A DNA stretch of 64,000 nucleotides from an uncultured Candidatus Saccharibacteria bacterium (GCA_964365185.1 CAYIOP010000002.1:2684-66683), one strand, 5' to 3'. Counted from the first letter of the stretch, positions 16,979 through 26,714 are shown. Notes: generated by a model not told the origin, from the letters alone. Translations and numbers: made by a program.

Positions 16979-18736
16979 CTACGATTTTCCCTCTAAAATC
17001 TGTTGTGGATTCGTGGTGATAATTTTATCCTCAAAATAGGAAGCGATAATTTGAATCGAAACGTGTCTTCGGCCGGCAAAAAATAATCCTGTTCCCACTT
17101 CGGCTGTTAAAAGTAAACTTTTTTCCGCTTCAGTTAAACCAAAAGCCTTAGCCACGATATCAATGGTAGCCGGCGATTGTTTTAAAAGAATCTGAATTGA
17201 GGAGTTGGTGATAATCGGCCGGCCGTAAGGCGAGCGCAAAAAGTCCTCCACGTCTTGAGTAATAGTCGAGACCCCTAAGTAATATTTTCGAGCCCGTTTC
17301 ACCAGTCCAAAAAGGAAAATGGCGCTGTCTTCATATTTCATCATCCACCACGCCTCGTCGATAATTAAAAGCCGTTTTTTGAGTTGAGCGCGGGTTAAAT
17401 TCCAAATAAAATTTAAAATTATATACATCGCAATTGGCCGGAGCTCTTCTTCTAGATCGCGAATCGAAAAAACAATCAATCGGTTATTAACATTAATGTT
17501 GGTCGGCTGGTTAACAAATCCCGAAAAGCTACCTTTAGTGTATTTATAAAGTCGCTCCGCAATTCCTTTGCCCCCTTCCAAATTCCGTAAAACCGTCTCT
17601 AAATCTTCAAGCAGCGGTGCCTTCGCTCCGGTAAAATCCTCCCCAGCCACAATTTCGCGCGAAGCATAGGTTTCGGTAATTGCTCTATCCAAAAGCGCGT
17701 CTTCCACCGCCGTCACTTTGCCAAGCATTAGTTTAACCAGTCCTGCCATATTCACGATGTGAGACCGCAGAACATCCGATGCCGTCTCTCCGTCCGGAAT
17801 AGTTGGCACGTCAAACGGGTTAATGTGTTCGTCCGACGAGAGCGAGATATTAAAGAAACTTCCTCCAAAGGCCTCACATAACCTCTGGTATTCGTTTTCT
17901 GGGTCAATCACAATTACATCCACTCCGGTCATTAAGTAGCGGATAATCTCCAGTTTGGTAGTGTAGGATTTGCCTGAACCGGACTTGGCAAAAACTACCT
18001 GATTGGCGTTTTCAAGCGAAAACCGGTCAAAAATAATCAAATTATTATTGTGCCGGTTGATGCCGTACATAATGCCCTGGCTGGAGTTTAAGTCCTCAGA
18101 AACAAACGGAAAAAAAGAAGATACTGGCCCAGAATTCATTGGTGATTTCACATCGATTTTATCTTCTACGAGCGGGAAAATGGATTGCAACCCTTCAAGT
18201 TGTTGGAAAAGAGCGGGCTTAATATAAATCAGTTTCGCGTCCAAGATATTTACAACATGGCTTTCTAGTTTTGAGAGTTCCTCTAGGGTGTCTCCATAGA
18301 TGGCAATATAAACTCCCAAATCAAATAATTTTTCCTGGGCTTGTTGCAGAGAATCTCTTAAGGATTCCACGTCTTGAAGAGCGGTCTCTAGCATCGGGTC
18401 TCTCACTAAGCCCTTTTCTTGTTGGTCATTGATTTGGGATTCTATTTGAGCTGATTTTTTTCTTAAATTTTTAAGGGCAATGCCGGTGTCGATTGGATTT
18501 ATAAAAAGTGAGACGTCAAAAATGTTAGGCAAATTAATAAAGGGCTCAAACCAGCCGGTCGAGAGATAGCGTGGATAAGAAAAAACAAAAAACGTCTTGA
18601 CGAATTTGTCGCCGATTTTAAGGTAATTTGAATTCACCTGAACGCCGGCCGGCGAAATTATTTTTTTTGTTTCTTTAAAATTATTTTCCATATCTTTACA
18701 CTTCCTTTCCCGGAATATTTTGAAGTTCTTTTTCAA
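16979..18736 (-). CDS. VirB4/TrbE-family conjugal transfer ATPase, C-terminal ATPase portion
   Basis: Walker A FAKSGSGKSYTTK, Walker B LLIIDEAWWMM; TrbE/VirB4 C-terminal domain organisation. Confidence 0.75.
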   Translation of the reverse strand: MKKNFKIFRERKCKDMENNFKETKKIISPAGVQVNSNYLKIGDKFVKTFFVFSYPRYLSTGWFEPFINLPNIFDVSLFINPIDTGIALKNLRKKSAQIESQINDQQEKGLVRDPMLETALQDVESLRDSLQQAQEKLFDLGVYIAIYGDTLEELSKLESHVVNILDAKLIYIKPALFQQLEGLQSIFPLVEDKIDVKSPMNSGPVSSFFPFVSEDLNSSQGIMYGINRHNNNLIIFDRFSLENANQVVFAKSGSGKSYTTKLEIIRYLMTGVDVIVIDPENEYQRLCEAFGGSFFNISLSSDEHINPFDVPTIPDGETASDVLRSHIVNMAGLVKLMLGKVTAVEDALLDRAITETYASREIVAGEDFTGAKAPLLEDLETVLRNLEGGKGIAERLYKYTKGSFSGFVNQPTNINVNNRLIVFSIRDLEEELRPIAMYIILNFIWNLTRAQLKKRLLIIDEAWWMMKYEDSAIFLFGLVKRARKYYLGVSTITQDVEDFLRSPYGRPIITNSSIQILLKQSPATIDIVAKAFGLTEAEKSLLLTAEVGTGLFFAGRRHVSIQIIASYFEDKIITTNPQQILEGKS

Positions 18737-19376
18737 TCGTTTCCGGATTATAGAAATTATAAAAAAGCTCCACTAAGGCCTGGTCGTCTAAAAGAATCGC
18801 TTCTAGTCCGATTACGCTTAAGCCCTCAATAATTTGGTTTGATCGCTGGTTAATCTTGCTGACGTTTTCTTTAAACTCCAATTCTTTATTTTGTTCTTCT
18901 TGTTTTGGTTCCGGCGCTTGCTTTTTAAAAAACGGAATAAATTTAGTGATTCCCGCCACACTTTCTTTGCTTGGCAGATTAATTAAATTTAATGGCACCA
19001 CCACCAAAAATGTCTTCTCCATAATAGCGTTTTCATGAACAAACCCGCTGATAAATTGTTGGTATTCTCCAATTTGATTTCGGAGAAGGGGCGACGGTTC
19101 ATCGGCTTTTCTCGCTTCCAAGTTATTTAAATATCTTTCGATATTCACTTTTCTCGAATGAATGATGATTTGAATCGGAAAATCCAAGCTGTTTAAAAAA
19201 TTTTGATAACCCGACGAGATAATATCCATTTCACTCTCCGACATTAAAGCCGTATTTAACCCCGCCACCATCACTACCTGTCGCAGTCCTCCGTCTTTTA
19301 ATAGCACGACACTCTCTTTAATCTCCTCAATCTCCACCAAATCCTGAGTATTGGCTAGTTGTTGTTTTAGGGCCAT
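18696..19376 (-). CDS. probable N-terminal portion of VirB4 (separate frame, 41-nt overlap with the ATPase ORF)
   Basis: 226 aa. The two ORFs together total ~811 aa, the size of a full VirB4. They share strand, are adjacent and differ in frame by 1 nt. Confidence 0.4.
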   Translation of the reverse strand: MALKQQLANTQDLVEIEEIKESVVLLKDGGLRQVVMVAGLNTALMSESEMDIISSGYQNFLNSLDFPIQIIIHSRKVNIERYLNNLEARKADEPSPLLRNQIGEYQQFISGFVHENAIMEKTFLVVVPLNLINLPSKESVAGITKFIPFFKKQAPEPKQEEQNKELEFKENVSKINQRSNQIIEGLSVIGLEAILLDDQALVELFYNFYNPETIEKELQNIPGKEV

Positions 19377-19447
19377 AAAAATAAGTTCAATATATATTCT
19401 TCCTTCAATTATACTTTTACTTTGTCATTGAGTGAAGCCCTGACATA

Positions 19448-19924
19448 AGAGCTAAAAACGAAAAACTAAAAACGCAAAGTAAAGAATTAAGGGTTACCCT
19501 TTCTCTTTTTAAGGGTTAAGATGCTGGAGCCAAGAATATTAGCGATTTCAGTTGTTTCTTGTATCAATAATTCAACCTCTTCTAGGTTAGCTTTCTTAGC
19601 ATCTCTAAGTAAATACAGCCAAAACTTGCTCTCGTTGGCGGATTTTAAAGCATAACTAAAAAAATTAGTGAAGTCCTTTCTCGTGCTTCCAGCTTGAGCT
19701 TCAATAATATTCGCGCCTATACTAGTAGCGCTTCTCAGTAATTGCTTCGCGATTATTTGAACCGCTAAATCTTTTTTATCGAGGTTATCAATAAATTTTA
19801 TAATCTTCAAAGCCAATGAATAAGATTTCTTTTTTGAATCCATTCTTATTTTATATCTTTACACTTTTCGTTTTTAGCTTCTAATTAAATTCTACTTTAC
19901 GTTTTTCGCTTTTCGTTTTTAGCT
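19448..19924. mobile_element. IVS-like cassette: four-helix-bundle gene bracketed by ~30-bp imperfect inverted repeats
   Basis: Left IR agctaaaaacgaaaaactaaaaacgcaaagtaaag (19451-19484). Right IR ctttacgtttttcgcttttcgtttttagct (19896-19924). An extra direct copy cttttcgtttttagct lies at 19864-19880. Confidence 0.4.
19487..19843 (-). CDS. four-helix-bundle protein (23S rRNA intervening-sequence protein family)
   Basis: LAVQIIAKQLLRSATSIGANIIEAQAGSTRKDFTNFFSYALKSANESKFWL is the characteristic family core. Confidence 0.8.
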   Translation of the reverse strand: MDSKKKSYSLALKIIKFIDNLDKKDLAVQIIAKQLLRSATSIGANIIEAQAGSTRKDFTNFFSYALKSANESKFWLYLLRDAKKANLEEVELLIQETTEIANILGSSILTLKKRKGNP

Positions 19925-20449
19925 TTAACGGTAGTCCACCCTCCTCGCCGCTTTCCTCTCTCCGGTGATTTTCTCCAAAATTTGGTATTTTTCTTTAACC
20001 TTTTCCGAAAATTGTTTGGCGCTGGTTAAGCTTTCTTTGGTGCCGGTTTGAAGTTTTTGCCATTTTCCTTTTAAAGAAAGGCCCATCACGATATTTTCGA
20101 TCGACAATCCCGGCCGAGCCATTTTTTTAATTTCCTCGTCTTTTTTCACCTCTGATTTATCTAGAGTTGGTTTATCGGACTTCCAAACATAGGTTTGTGG
20201 TTGCCAGTAAAATTTTAAAGCTGAAAGCATTATCGTGGTAAAAGGCCGGCCGTTAATTTTAATAAAAGCCATCGAGCCGCCTACCGCCACCATTAGCAAG
20301 GTTAAAATCAGCCATAGCCAGGTTTTGACCATAAAAAATAGCAGAAAACTTAACCCCACCATCGCTCCGATATAAAAGAATTGTCTTAAGGTTAGGGGTC
20401 CAACTATTTTGTCTTCGGTTTCAATAAATTGAGGAACTTGAAATTGCAT
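19925..20449 (-). CDS. small two-TM membrane protein, VirB3/PrgI-like candidate
   Basis: 174 aa; two adjacent TM helices near the N-terminus; sits immediately upstream of the VirB4 ORFs, as VirB3 does in canonical T4SS. Confidence 0.35.
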   Translation of the reverse strand: MQFQVPQFIETEDKIVGPLTLRQFFYIGAMVGLSFLLFFMVKTWLWLILTLLMVAVGGSMAFIKINGRPFTTIMLSALKFYWQPQTYVWKSDKPTLDKSEVKKDEEIKKMARPGLSIENIVMGLSLKGKWQKLQTGTKESLTSAKQFSEKVKEKYQILEKITGERKAARRVDYR

Positions 20450-20484
20450 AAGTACATTTGATCTACAATATCTCTATTATCTCT

Positions 20485-20520
20485 CTATCACCTTTCGTCT
20501 ACAACCTAACACCTAATTTA
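20485..20520. repeat. heptamer-tract repeat (tctatcacctttcgtctacaacctaacacctaattt)
   Basis: Intergenic, upstream of the VirB3-like gene. Confidence 0.4.
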
Positions 20521-20524
20521 ATTA

Positions 20525-22138
20525 CTAAACTTTCTTAAGTGTTTCCAAGTCAATCTTTCCATTCTCCGGATTTAAATTCTTCGAATCCAAAGATATATTC
20601 TGCGGTTTTATGTCCGCGGTTTTAGGAGCTCCCTCTTGAAAAAATTTACCATCTTGTTTACTCGAGAAGAAATCATTTGTCTTAACACTTCCTTTGTTTA
20701 ATTCATCCGGTCTTTGAGGCAAGGGGGTGGGGGGCATTTTTATCTCCGGAGTCAATTTCTTATTTCCTCCGAAAAGCGATTTAAACCAATTTTTCTTCTG
20801 TGGCTCGGCTTCATAAGCCGGCAGTGAGCTTATCTGGTCTGCTCCATAATTAATTTTAGCCACTGGTTTTGGGATTGTTGGCTGCGGCATTTTATTGATC
20901 GGTGTTTCGGTTAGGGGTTTATTTAAATCAACCTTGTTGAATCGATTTAAATCCACCACCGGTTTTCCGGTTAAATCCATCGCCGGTTTTTGAAAGGCGG
21001 GTTTATTGATTGCTTCATTCGGTAAATTAGCTGGTCTCTCAAGCGGCGTCTGAAAAGAACTGTAGTGAACCACTTTTGGCGGCTTAATCACCTCTGATTT
21101 GGAAAATTCTTCACTGCTTTTTTTATCTTGTCTGCCAATTTCGATTCTAACAGGCCCCCTATCCTCGCCAGGCCTAATCATCTCGAACGTCGGGGACGGA
21201 GCTTCGATTTTAAAAGCCGCCTCTCTTTTCATCGGCGCCGAATTTAGCTCTTGATGAAGAATTAAAGGTTTCTCTGTTTCAATAGGGCGAACATTCGTTT
21301 TTGCTTCGAAGCTAGAAATTTTTGGAGTCGCCGTGATTTCAGTTGCCCCAACTTCTTGTTCTTCGTGTTTTTTAAGCACCCCGATTAATTCCGCGCCTGA
21401 CCGCTCTAATTTTTTAATTTCTTCCACAATCCCTAAAACATCGTTTTTTTGTTCCCAAGATAAGGCCGCTGGTTTTGGCGGCTCAATTGGTTTTTGAGCT
21501 GGCTGGATTTTTGGCGCTGGCGGCTGAGGAATCGGTATTTCTCTGGCTTGTGTCATGCTGCCGCTTAAATTCACCGGCATTATCGTTTCTATCTCGTCTA
21601 ACATCTTTGGCGCCACCTTTGGTTGCGCCTGAATTGGTTGAGGCTTTAAAGCCGGCTTAATTTCACCTTCCTTTTCTTTGGCCACTGTCCTTTCTATATT
21701 TTCCATCATGACCGGCGGCCTTTGGGTTTGAGTTATTGGTTGCTTTCTTTCTTCGGTTGTTTTAAAAGCCGCTTTTTCAAGTTCCAAATCCATTCCTACT
21801 CGCGATTCCTTGGTTACGGGAGCGTAAAGTTTCTCAAGCTGACTGCGATAAGGCGCAAAGAGCCGATTACCCAATGTTTTGGAAACATTCTCCGCGATTT
21901 TAATGTCGATTTTAAGAGCTTCCTGAAGTTCGCGCGCCACTTCCTCTGGGTGTAAAAATCCCATTATCACATAACCGGCGATTCTGGAAATTATTGGAAT
22001 TCTATCAACTGGAATATGTTCGGTCTCCGCAATTCGGTCTAAAATTTCCACGCTGTGTTCCGATACCAAAACCTCCCGCAGATTTTCTGGCAGAGTATCC
22101 CATCGCTGTAGAGCTTGTGATTTTGGAACAATAGTCAT
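20525..22138 (-). CDS. proline-rich hypothetical protein (T4SS-like cluster)
   Basis: 537 aa; central P/Q/K-rich low-complexity region (PIPQPPAPKIQPAQKPIEPPKPA). No catalytic motif. Confidence 0.45.
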   Translation of the reverse strand: MTIVPKSQALQRWDTLPENLREVLVSEHSVEILDRIAETEHIPVDRIPIISRIAGYVIMGFLHPEEVARELQEALKIDIKIAENVSKTLGNRLFAPYRSQLEKLYAPVTKESRVGMDLELEKAAFKTTEERKQPITQTQRPPVMMENIERTVAKEKEGEIKPALKPQPIQAQPKVAPKMLDEIETIMPVNLSGSMTQAREIPIPQPPAPKIQPAQKPIEPPKPAALSWEQKNDVLGIVEEIKKLERSGAELIGVLKKHEEQEVGATEITATPKISSFEAKTNVRPIETEKPLILHQELNSAPMKREAAFKIEAPSPTFEMIRPGEDRGPVRIEIGRQDKKSSEEFSKSEVIKPPKVVHYSSFQTPLERPANLPNEAINKPAFQKPAMDLTGKPVVDLNRFNKVDLNKPLTETPINKMPQPTIPKPVAKINYGADQISSLPAYEAEPQKKNWFKSLFGGNKKLTPEIKMPPTPLPQRPDELNKGSVKTNDFFSSKQDGKFFQEGAPKTADIKPQNISLDSKNLNPENGKIDLETLKKV

Positions 22139-22156
22139 TTAATTTAAAAATTAAAT

Positions 22157-24307
22157 TTATTCTTTTTCTCCTCCGCCTCCTCCATAGCTAAAGCCGCCTA
22201 AACCAACGGAGTTTCTCACCATAGAATTTTTAAAGTTTTCTACATTTTGTCTCATTTTTTCATCTAGTCTTGTTATTCTTTGAATTTGCGCTTCAGTTTC
22301 CAGAGAAGAAGGAAGGCCGGCTAGTCGGCTCATTTCTATTTTATAGCCAGCCAGCTCTTGTTCCATGGCGCCCTGATAAGATGGGGCGAAATTTTCTAAA
22401 GTCGAGGCCCTGGATTTTGAAATAACATTTGGCACTAACGAAGGCATGCTCGCTGTCATTCCATGGGCTACACTCCAACCTAGTTCCTTTAGAGTATTTT
22501 CGTCTAATCCCATTTTAGCTTTACCACTAAACATATCATTGATGTGCATAAGCGCCACATCTTTTTTCTCAAAAGTTTTATAAAATTCTCTCGCCGCCTC
22601 ATCAATTTTATCTCTTGAAGCCCCCCCTCTTTTTAAATTCATCATCTCTACATTTACCGTGCTCGCCTTTTCTAGTTTTTCGAAAGCTTTTTTCTGGTCA
22701 TATTGTTCATAAAGTTTTTTATTTCTATCATTAATAGTTGAATGAATATTTAAATCACCCAATTCTCCACGTTTCATTAATTCCTGTTCAATGGCTATTT
22801 TTTCTTCATTTGTAGCTGAAAGATGTTTGGTCTTTAGAACGCTATCAGAAAGTCCTTTTATTCTTTCTGCCGCCGCCTTCACTAAGTTTTCTCCCCCAGC
22901 CACCCTAAGTTGTGTTAACCCCGTTGCTCCCGCTCCCAGTCCTTTAGCCGCAAGGCCAGCGCCAAAGAATCTGGCTAATTTTGACCTATCTCTAAGCCCC
23001 TGAAGTCCCGAGGTAGCGGCTTTTAATCCCTTCTCAGCCCTAACAACCCCAGCCACTTTTCCAGCCGCCCTAATTCCTTTCCCTTTTGCCCACCCGCCCA
23101 TCTTGCCGGCAAATCCTTTCATCGCCGCCATCCCCGCCGCGGCTCCGTGAATGCTTAAACTATTGGCCGCGAAAAGTCCGCCGATCGCAAGCCCCACCAT
23201 CAAAACCGCCTGGAGCGCGAACTCTATAATTGGCGAAAAAAGCCCGGTAAAAAATCCGGTCTCAAGCGCCTTAAATGTCGAACTGTGAGTTGAACCAAAC
23301 GAACCCGAAGCCCCCTGGCCTTCAGACATTGCGCTGTTAACCAGAACCACTAAATAAAGGAAGAAAACTACAATCGGCGCGAAAAATACTTGTTTTAAAA
23401 AAGTGTGCCACCACTTATCCCAGTTGCTTTTAAGTCCTGGGAATATCCACATTAACCACGCAAACGGCATCAATATCAGAAGAATGCCAATCGAAACATA
23501 CCGATAAAGCAACATCACCACCAATATTCCTAAAGTAATATTAATTGCCGCCAAGGTGAGTATGGTCACAAACAAAGAAGCAATTGGCAGGAGTAATTTA
23601 CCCATTGATTGTCCTATAATCGAGTTGGTACCCGAATTTTGGTCAACATCTTCTGTGGTTAACTCATTCGCGCCTGCTTCAAATAAAACCCCTTTCTGCG
23701 GATTAAAAGCTCCAGATAAAGCGGTGGCAAAATTATTAAAAGAATTCCCCTCTCCAGCCGGATTCACTTGTTCCAAAAAATAAATCGTCAGTTGGTCCGC
23801 AAAGTTTAAAATCGCGCCGGCAAAAACCAAACTAAAATTAACCAGCAAAGCCGCCACAATCAATTTCCACAAAATCTCTTTAATGCCATAGCCAGAGATG
23901 CGCAAGATAGTGGCAATGGCAATCACGATAATCGCCGCGGTAAATCCTAAATTAGCGATTGAAAGGGATACCGGAAACCCGAATTTAACCGCCGGCGAAT
24001 TCACAATCTGAGTGTTCAGGTTCAAAATCACTTCAATTATCCAGGTCTGAATAGCAATTCCTATGGCCGCGATCGTGCTTATAAGCCACGAAAATCCAAA
24101 CATGACTTTTCCGATTACCGTATAAGCAATGTCGCCAAAAAAATCCGCGTGCGTCTGTTGCGGCGCAAACAAAATTACAAATACCAATGGCGCCGCGAGC
24201 CCCAGCCCCCAAACAATCACCCGTCGTTTTCCCCAAAACCAATTTTTTATTTTAATCAGTTGACGCATTTTCATCTTTTTAATTTTAACCAGTTGCCGCC
24301 GGTTCAT
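22157..24307 (-). CDS. VirB6/TrbL-like polytopic membrane protein with Ala/Gly-rich C-terminal domain
   Basis: 716 aa; signal/TM, then >8 TM helices, then a hydrophilic A/G/K-rich tail. Position and topology match VirB6-like channel proteins. Confidence 0.45.
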   Translation of the reverse strand: MNRRQLVKIKKMKMRQLIKIKNWFWGKRRVIVWGLGLAAPLVFVILFAPQQTHADFFGDIAYTVIGKVMFGFSWLISTIAAIGIAIQTWIIEVILNLNTQIVNSPAVKFGFPVSLSIANLGFTAAIIVIAIATILRISGYGIKEILWKLIVAALLVNFSLVFAGAILNFADQLTIYFLEQVNPAGEGNSFNNFATALSGAFNPQKGVLFEAGANELTTEDVDQNSGTNSIIGQSMGKLLLPIASLFVTILTLAAINITLGILVVMLLYRYVSIGILLILMPFAWLMWIFPGLKSNWDKWWHTFLKQVFFAPIVVFFLYLVVLVNSAMSEGQGASGSFGSTHSSTFKALETGFFTGLFSPIIEFALQAVLMVGLAIGGLFAANSLSIHGAAAGMAAMKGFAGKMGGWAKGKGIRAAGKVAGVVRAEKGLKAATSGLQGLRDRSKLARFFGAGLAAKGLGAGATGLTQLRVAGGENLVKAAAERIKGLSDSVLKTKHLSATNEEKIAIEQELMKRGELGDLNIHSTINDRNKKLYEQYDQKKAFEKLEKASTVNVEMMNLKRGGASRDKIDEAAREFYKTFEKKDVALMHINDMFSGKAKMGLDENTLKELGWSVAHGMTASMPSLVPNVISKSRASTLENFAPSYQGAMEQELAGYKIEMSRLAGLPSSLETEAQIQRITRLDEKMRQNVENFKNSMVRNSVGLGGFSYGGGGGEKE

Positions 24308-26714
24308 CTCCGTCGCAATAAAACTTAGACGTTGGCTCTAAATATGAACTGTTTATATCAGCCCTCCATTTCTTTATACCCTCCAATCTCTCGTTGGCAT
24401 CTGATAAAGATAAACTAAGCATTTCAAAATCAAACCTAGTTTCTAACGATTGATTTAATTCTCGTACTTGCGAAGTGCTGGTGGTATTTTGAGCTTCATT
24501 GATAAAGTTATTGAGCCATGTGATCGAAGAACTCGCTTTATTAATTTCTTGTTGGAGTATAACTGGCTCTCTTGTTTCATAGTTCTTAATAGCAATTACC
24601 ATATTCGATAATCTAATAGGATCCCTATTGTCAGGTGGTCCATAATCATCCGCGCATAATACAAGCGATCTTTTCAGCACGTCAATGGTTAAAGGTATTT
24701 CCGGTAAATAAGAGCTATATTGGGCAAGAGTCAGGACTAGAATTTCTCGATAACCCTCTGCCAATTTTATCAAAGTGCTGGTCGGCTGAACTGAATTAAT
24801 CTCATTAATTTCTTGCGCGTCGCGAACGCAATCCCGATATTCCTGCGACTCCAAATTATAAGTGGCGCAAGTGGTTGTATAATCTTCTACTTCGTTTCGT
24901 CTATTTGAAACCAAAGCTAACCCTTCCGCTCCTTTTTGAAACATTTTATTAATTAAAGAATCCACAAAAGCGGTCGCAATCGCTATTAAATCATTGGAAT
25001 TAACAATCCAATCCAGATGTGCTCCAAGCGCTCTGTCGAGTGTCTCTGCCACTGCTTTGCCTGGTGTGGTATCTTCCCAGCCGTCTTGCGGGCAAACGTT
25101 AAACCATTTTAGTCCATCTGAATCCTGCTCTATCGGACCGATGTAATCTACTCCTGTCATTTTAGCTACTGCTTTTGCATCTTCCTCATCATTACCACTT
25201 AACGAACCTAATCTGGCCTCAACTTCTATAAAATCAATTGTTTTTCTCTTCTTACAAACTCGAGTTGTTAAAAATCCTTGGCTTGAACCGACTTTAAGCT
25301 GTTCTGCTTCTGCTTGCTTGGCGGATTTAGCCAGCGCCAAGTCGCTTAATTCAATCACCACTCCAAAATAATTATTCTGGGGTTTTAATACTTTGATATA
25401 ACTCTCAATTCCTCCAGCCCTAAAGTCATCATAAAAATCTTTTATATTTTCCGTCGCTTCATTCAGAGTGCATTTGAATTGTTTTTGAGTTCTTCTTTCT
25501 TCATTGCCCCGGGGAATTTCAAAACTTTTTATTATTAATCCCCTAAACCGTGAACAAAGCACTCCGGGCACAGTGATATTTGCCACCGCGCTTGAGAAGG
25601 TATTCACCGCGGCGTCTTTTAGAAAACCCGGGAAGTCCTGAACAAATTTTGGTTTACCGCCGCCCTGAATCCAATTGGTCGTTTGCTTCACAATCATATC
25701 TATTAGTTTCTTTTTAAGTTTTTCAGTTATTACTTGTTTAATCACTTTCCAAACATCACGCGCAAATATCTGAATATCGAAAACTATATCCCCAAACCCC
25801 AAAAATGCGTGAGCTTTCTTAATTGAAAAAATATTTACTAGAAATGAAATTGCTCCGTTCTGATTTTCTCCGCTCGAAAATTTATTTAATGCTTCGGCTT
25901 TTTTAAATTCATCTTCAAATTTACCAATCGCCTGATTGTAATTTTCTTCCTGCAGTCCAAAAACCAAACCGGTTTTAACCGGGTCAATTTGATCTTGAGC
26001 CAAAGTCAAAAAGTTTTTCTGATACAAAATAAGCTCCAAAAAACTTTTATGGAAATTAGCGAGCGGCTCCGGCACCTTAAGTGTTTTGGTTTTAATTATT
26101 GTTTGATCCAAAGCCAGCTCCACCGAACCCATAACTGTCTCTGGCGACGACTCGCTCAAAAAATTTGATAACCCGGTTTTAACAAAATTTTGTTCAATGA
26201 TTTCATTAAAGTTAGCAATATATTGAGCAACATCTTCCTGACTGGAATTTTTAATTATTTTAAAATCATTACTTTCTTTTTCTAATTCCCCCCTAACTTT
26301 ATTAATTTCCTCTCCAATTGCTTGAGGATTAGATATTGCCGCGGCCGAAGCGATTACATCTTGAGTTACGACATTCACCTTGTCAGAGATTAAACCCCCT
26401 TCTTCGGGATTTAGCGTTGCCATCTTTTCAGTCAATTTTCGCGCCAGATTTTCTGTTAGATTAGAGGGGTCTTCAGCCGGAGGCAACTCAACTTCACTAT
26501 TTTGAACCAGCGCCTCTGGTTGTTGAATTAGTGTTTCAATAAAAGCGCTTTTATTATTTTGACCATTTTCGGCTTTTGTCCCGGCTTCTATTTCAAAATC
26601 ACTATTTATGGTTGGTTTTTTTGAGTCCAATAAGCCGCCTAAAACAAAAGTCAACGAGCCAGCCATCAGCGCAAGTAGCAAAAAACTGGTGATGAGTTTT
26701 TTCGGATCAGCCAT
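24285..26714 (-). CDS. large secreted/surface hypothetical protein (T4SS-like cluster)
   Basis: 809 aa, N-terminal signal/TM, no recognisable catalytic motif. First gene of the minus-strand cluster. Confidence 0.4.
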   Translation of the reverse strand: MADPKKLITSFLLLALMAGSLTFVLGGLLDSKKPTINSDFEIEAGTKAENGQNNKSAFIETLIQQPEALVQNSEVELPPAEDPSNLTENLARKLTEKMATLNPEEGGLISDKVNVVTQDVIASAAAISNPQAIGEEINKVRGELEKESNDFKIIKNSSQEDVAQYIANFNEIIEQNFVKTGLSNFLSESSPETVMGSVELALDQTIIKTKTLKVPEPLANFHKSFLELILYQKNFLTLAQDQIDPVKTGLVFGLQEENYNQAIGKFEDEFKKAEALNKFSSGENQNGAISFLVNIFSIKKAHAFLGFGDIVFDIQIFARDVWKVIKQVITEKLKKKLIDMIVKQTTNWIQGGGKPKFVQDFPGFLKDAAVNTFSSAVANITVPGVLCSRFRGLIIKSFEIPRGNEERRTQKQFKCTLNEATENIKDFYDDFRAGGIESYIKVLKPQNNYFGVVIELSDLALAKSAKQAEAEQLKVGSSQGFLTTRVCKKRKTIDFIEVEARLGSLSGNDEEDAKAVAKMTGVDYIGPIEQDSDGLKWFNVCPQDGWEDTTPGKAVAETLDRALGAHLDWIVNSNDLIAIATAFVDSLINKMFQKGAEGLALVSNRRNEVEDYTTTCATYNLESQEYRDCVRDAQEINEINSVQPTSTLIKLAEGYREILVLTLAQYSSYLPEIPLTIDVLKRSLVLCADDYGPPDNRDPIRLSNMVIAIKNYETREPVILQQEINKASSSITWLNNFINEAQNTTSTSQVRELNQSLETRFDFEMLSLSLSDANERLEGIKKWRADINSSYLEPTSKFYCDGDEPAATG

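Noticed and set aside
22791-24242. Small ORFs 22791-23003, 23556-23783 and 24033-24242 within the VirB6-like gene
   Set aside because: They are antisense or alternative frames in an Ala/Gly-rich coding region, a typical artefact.
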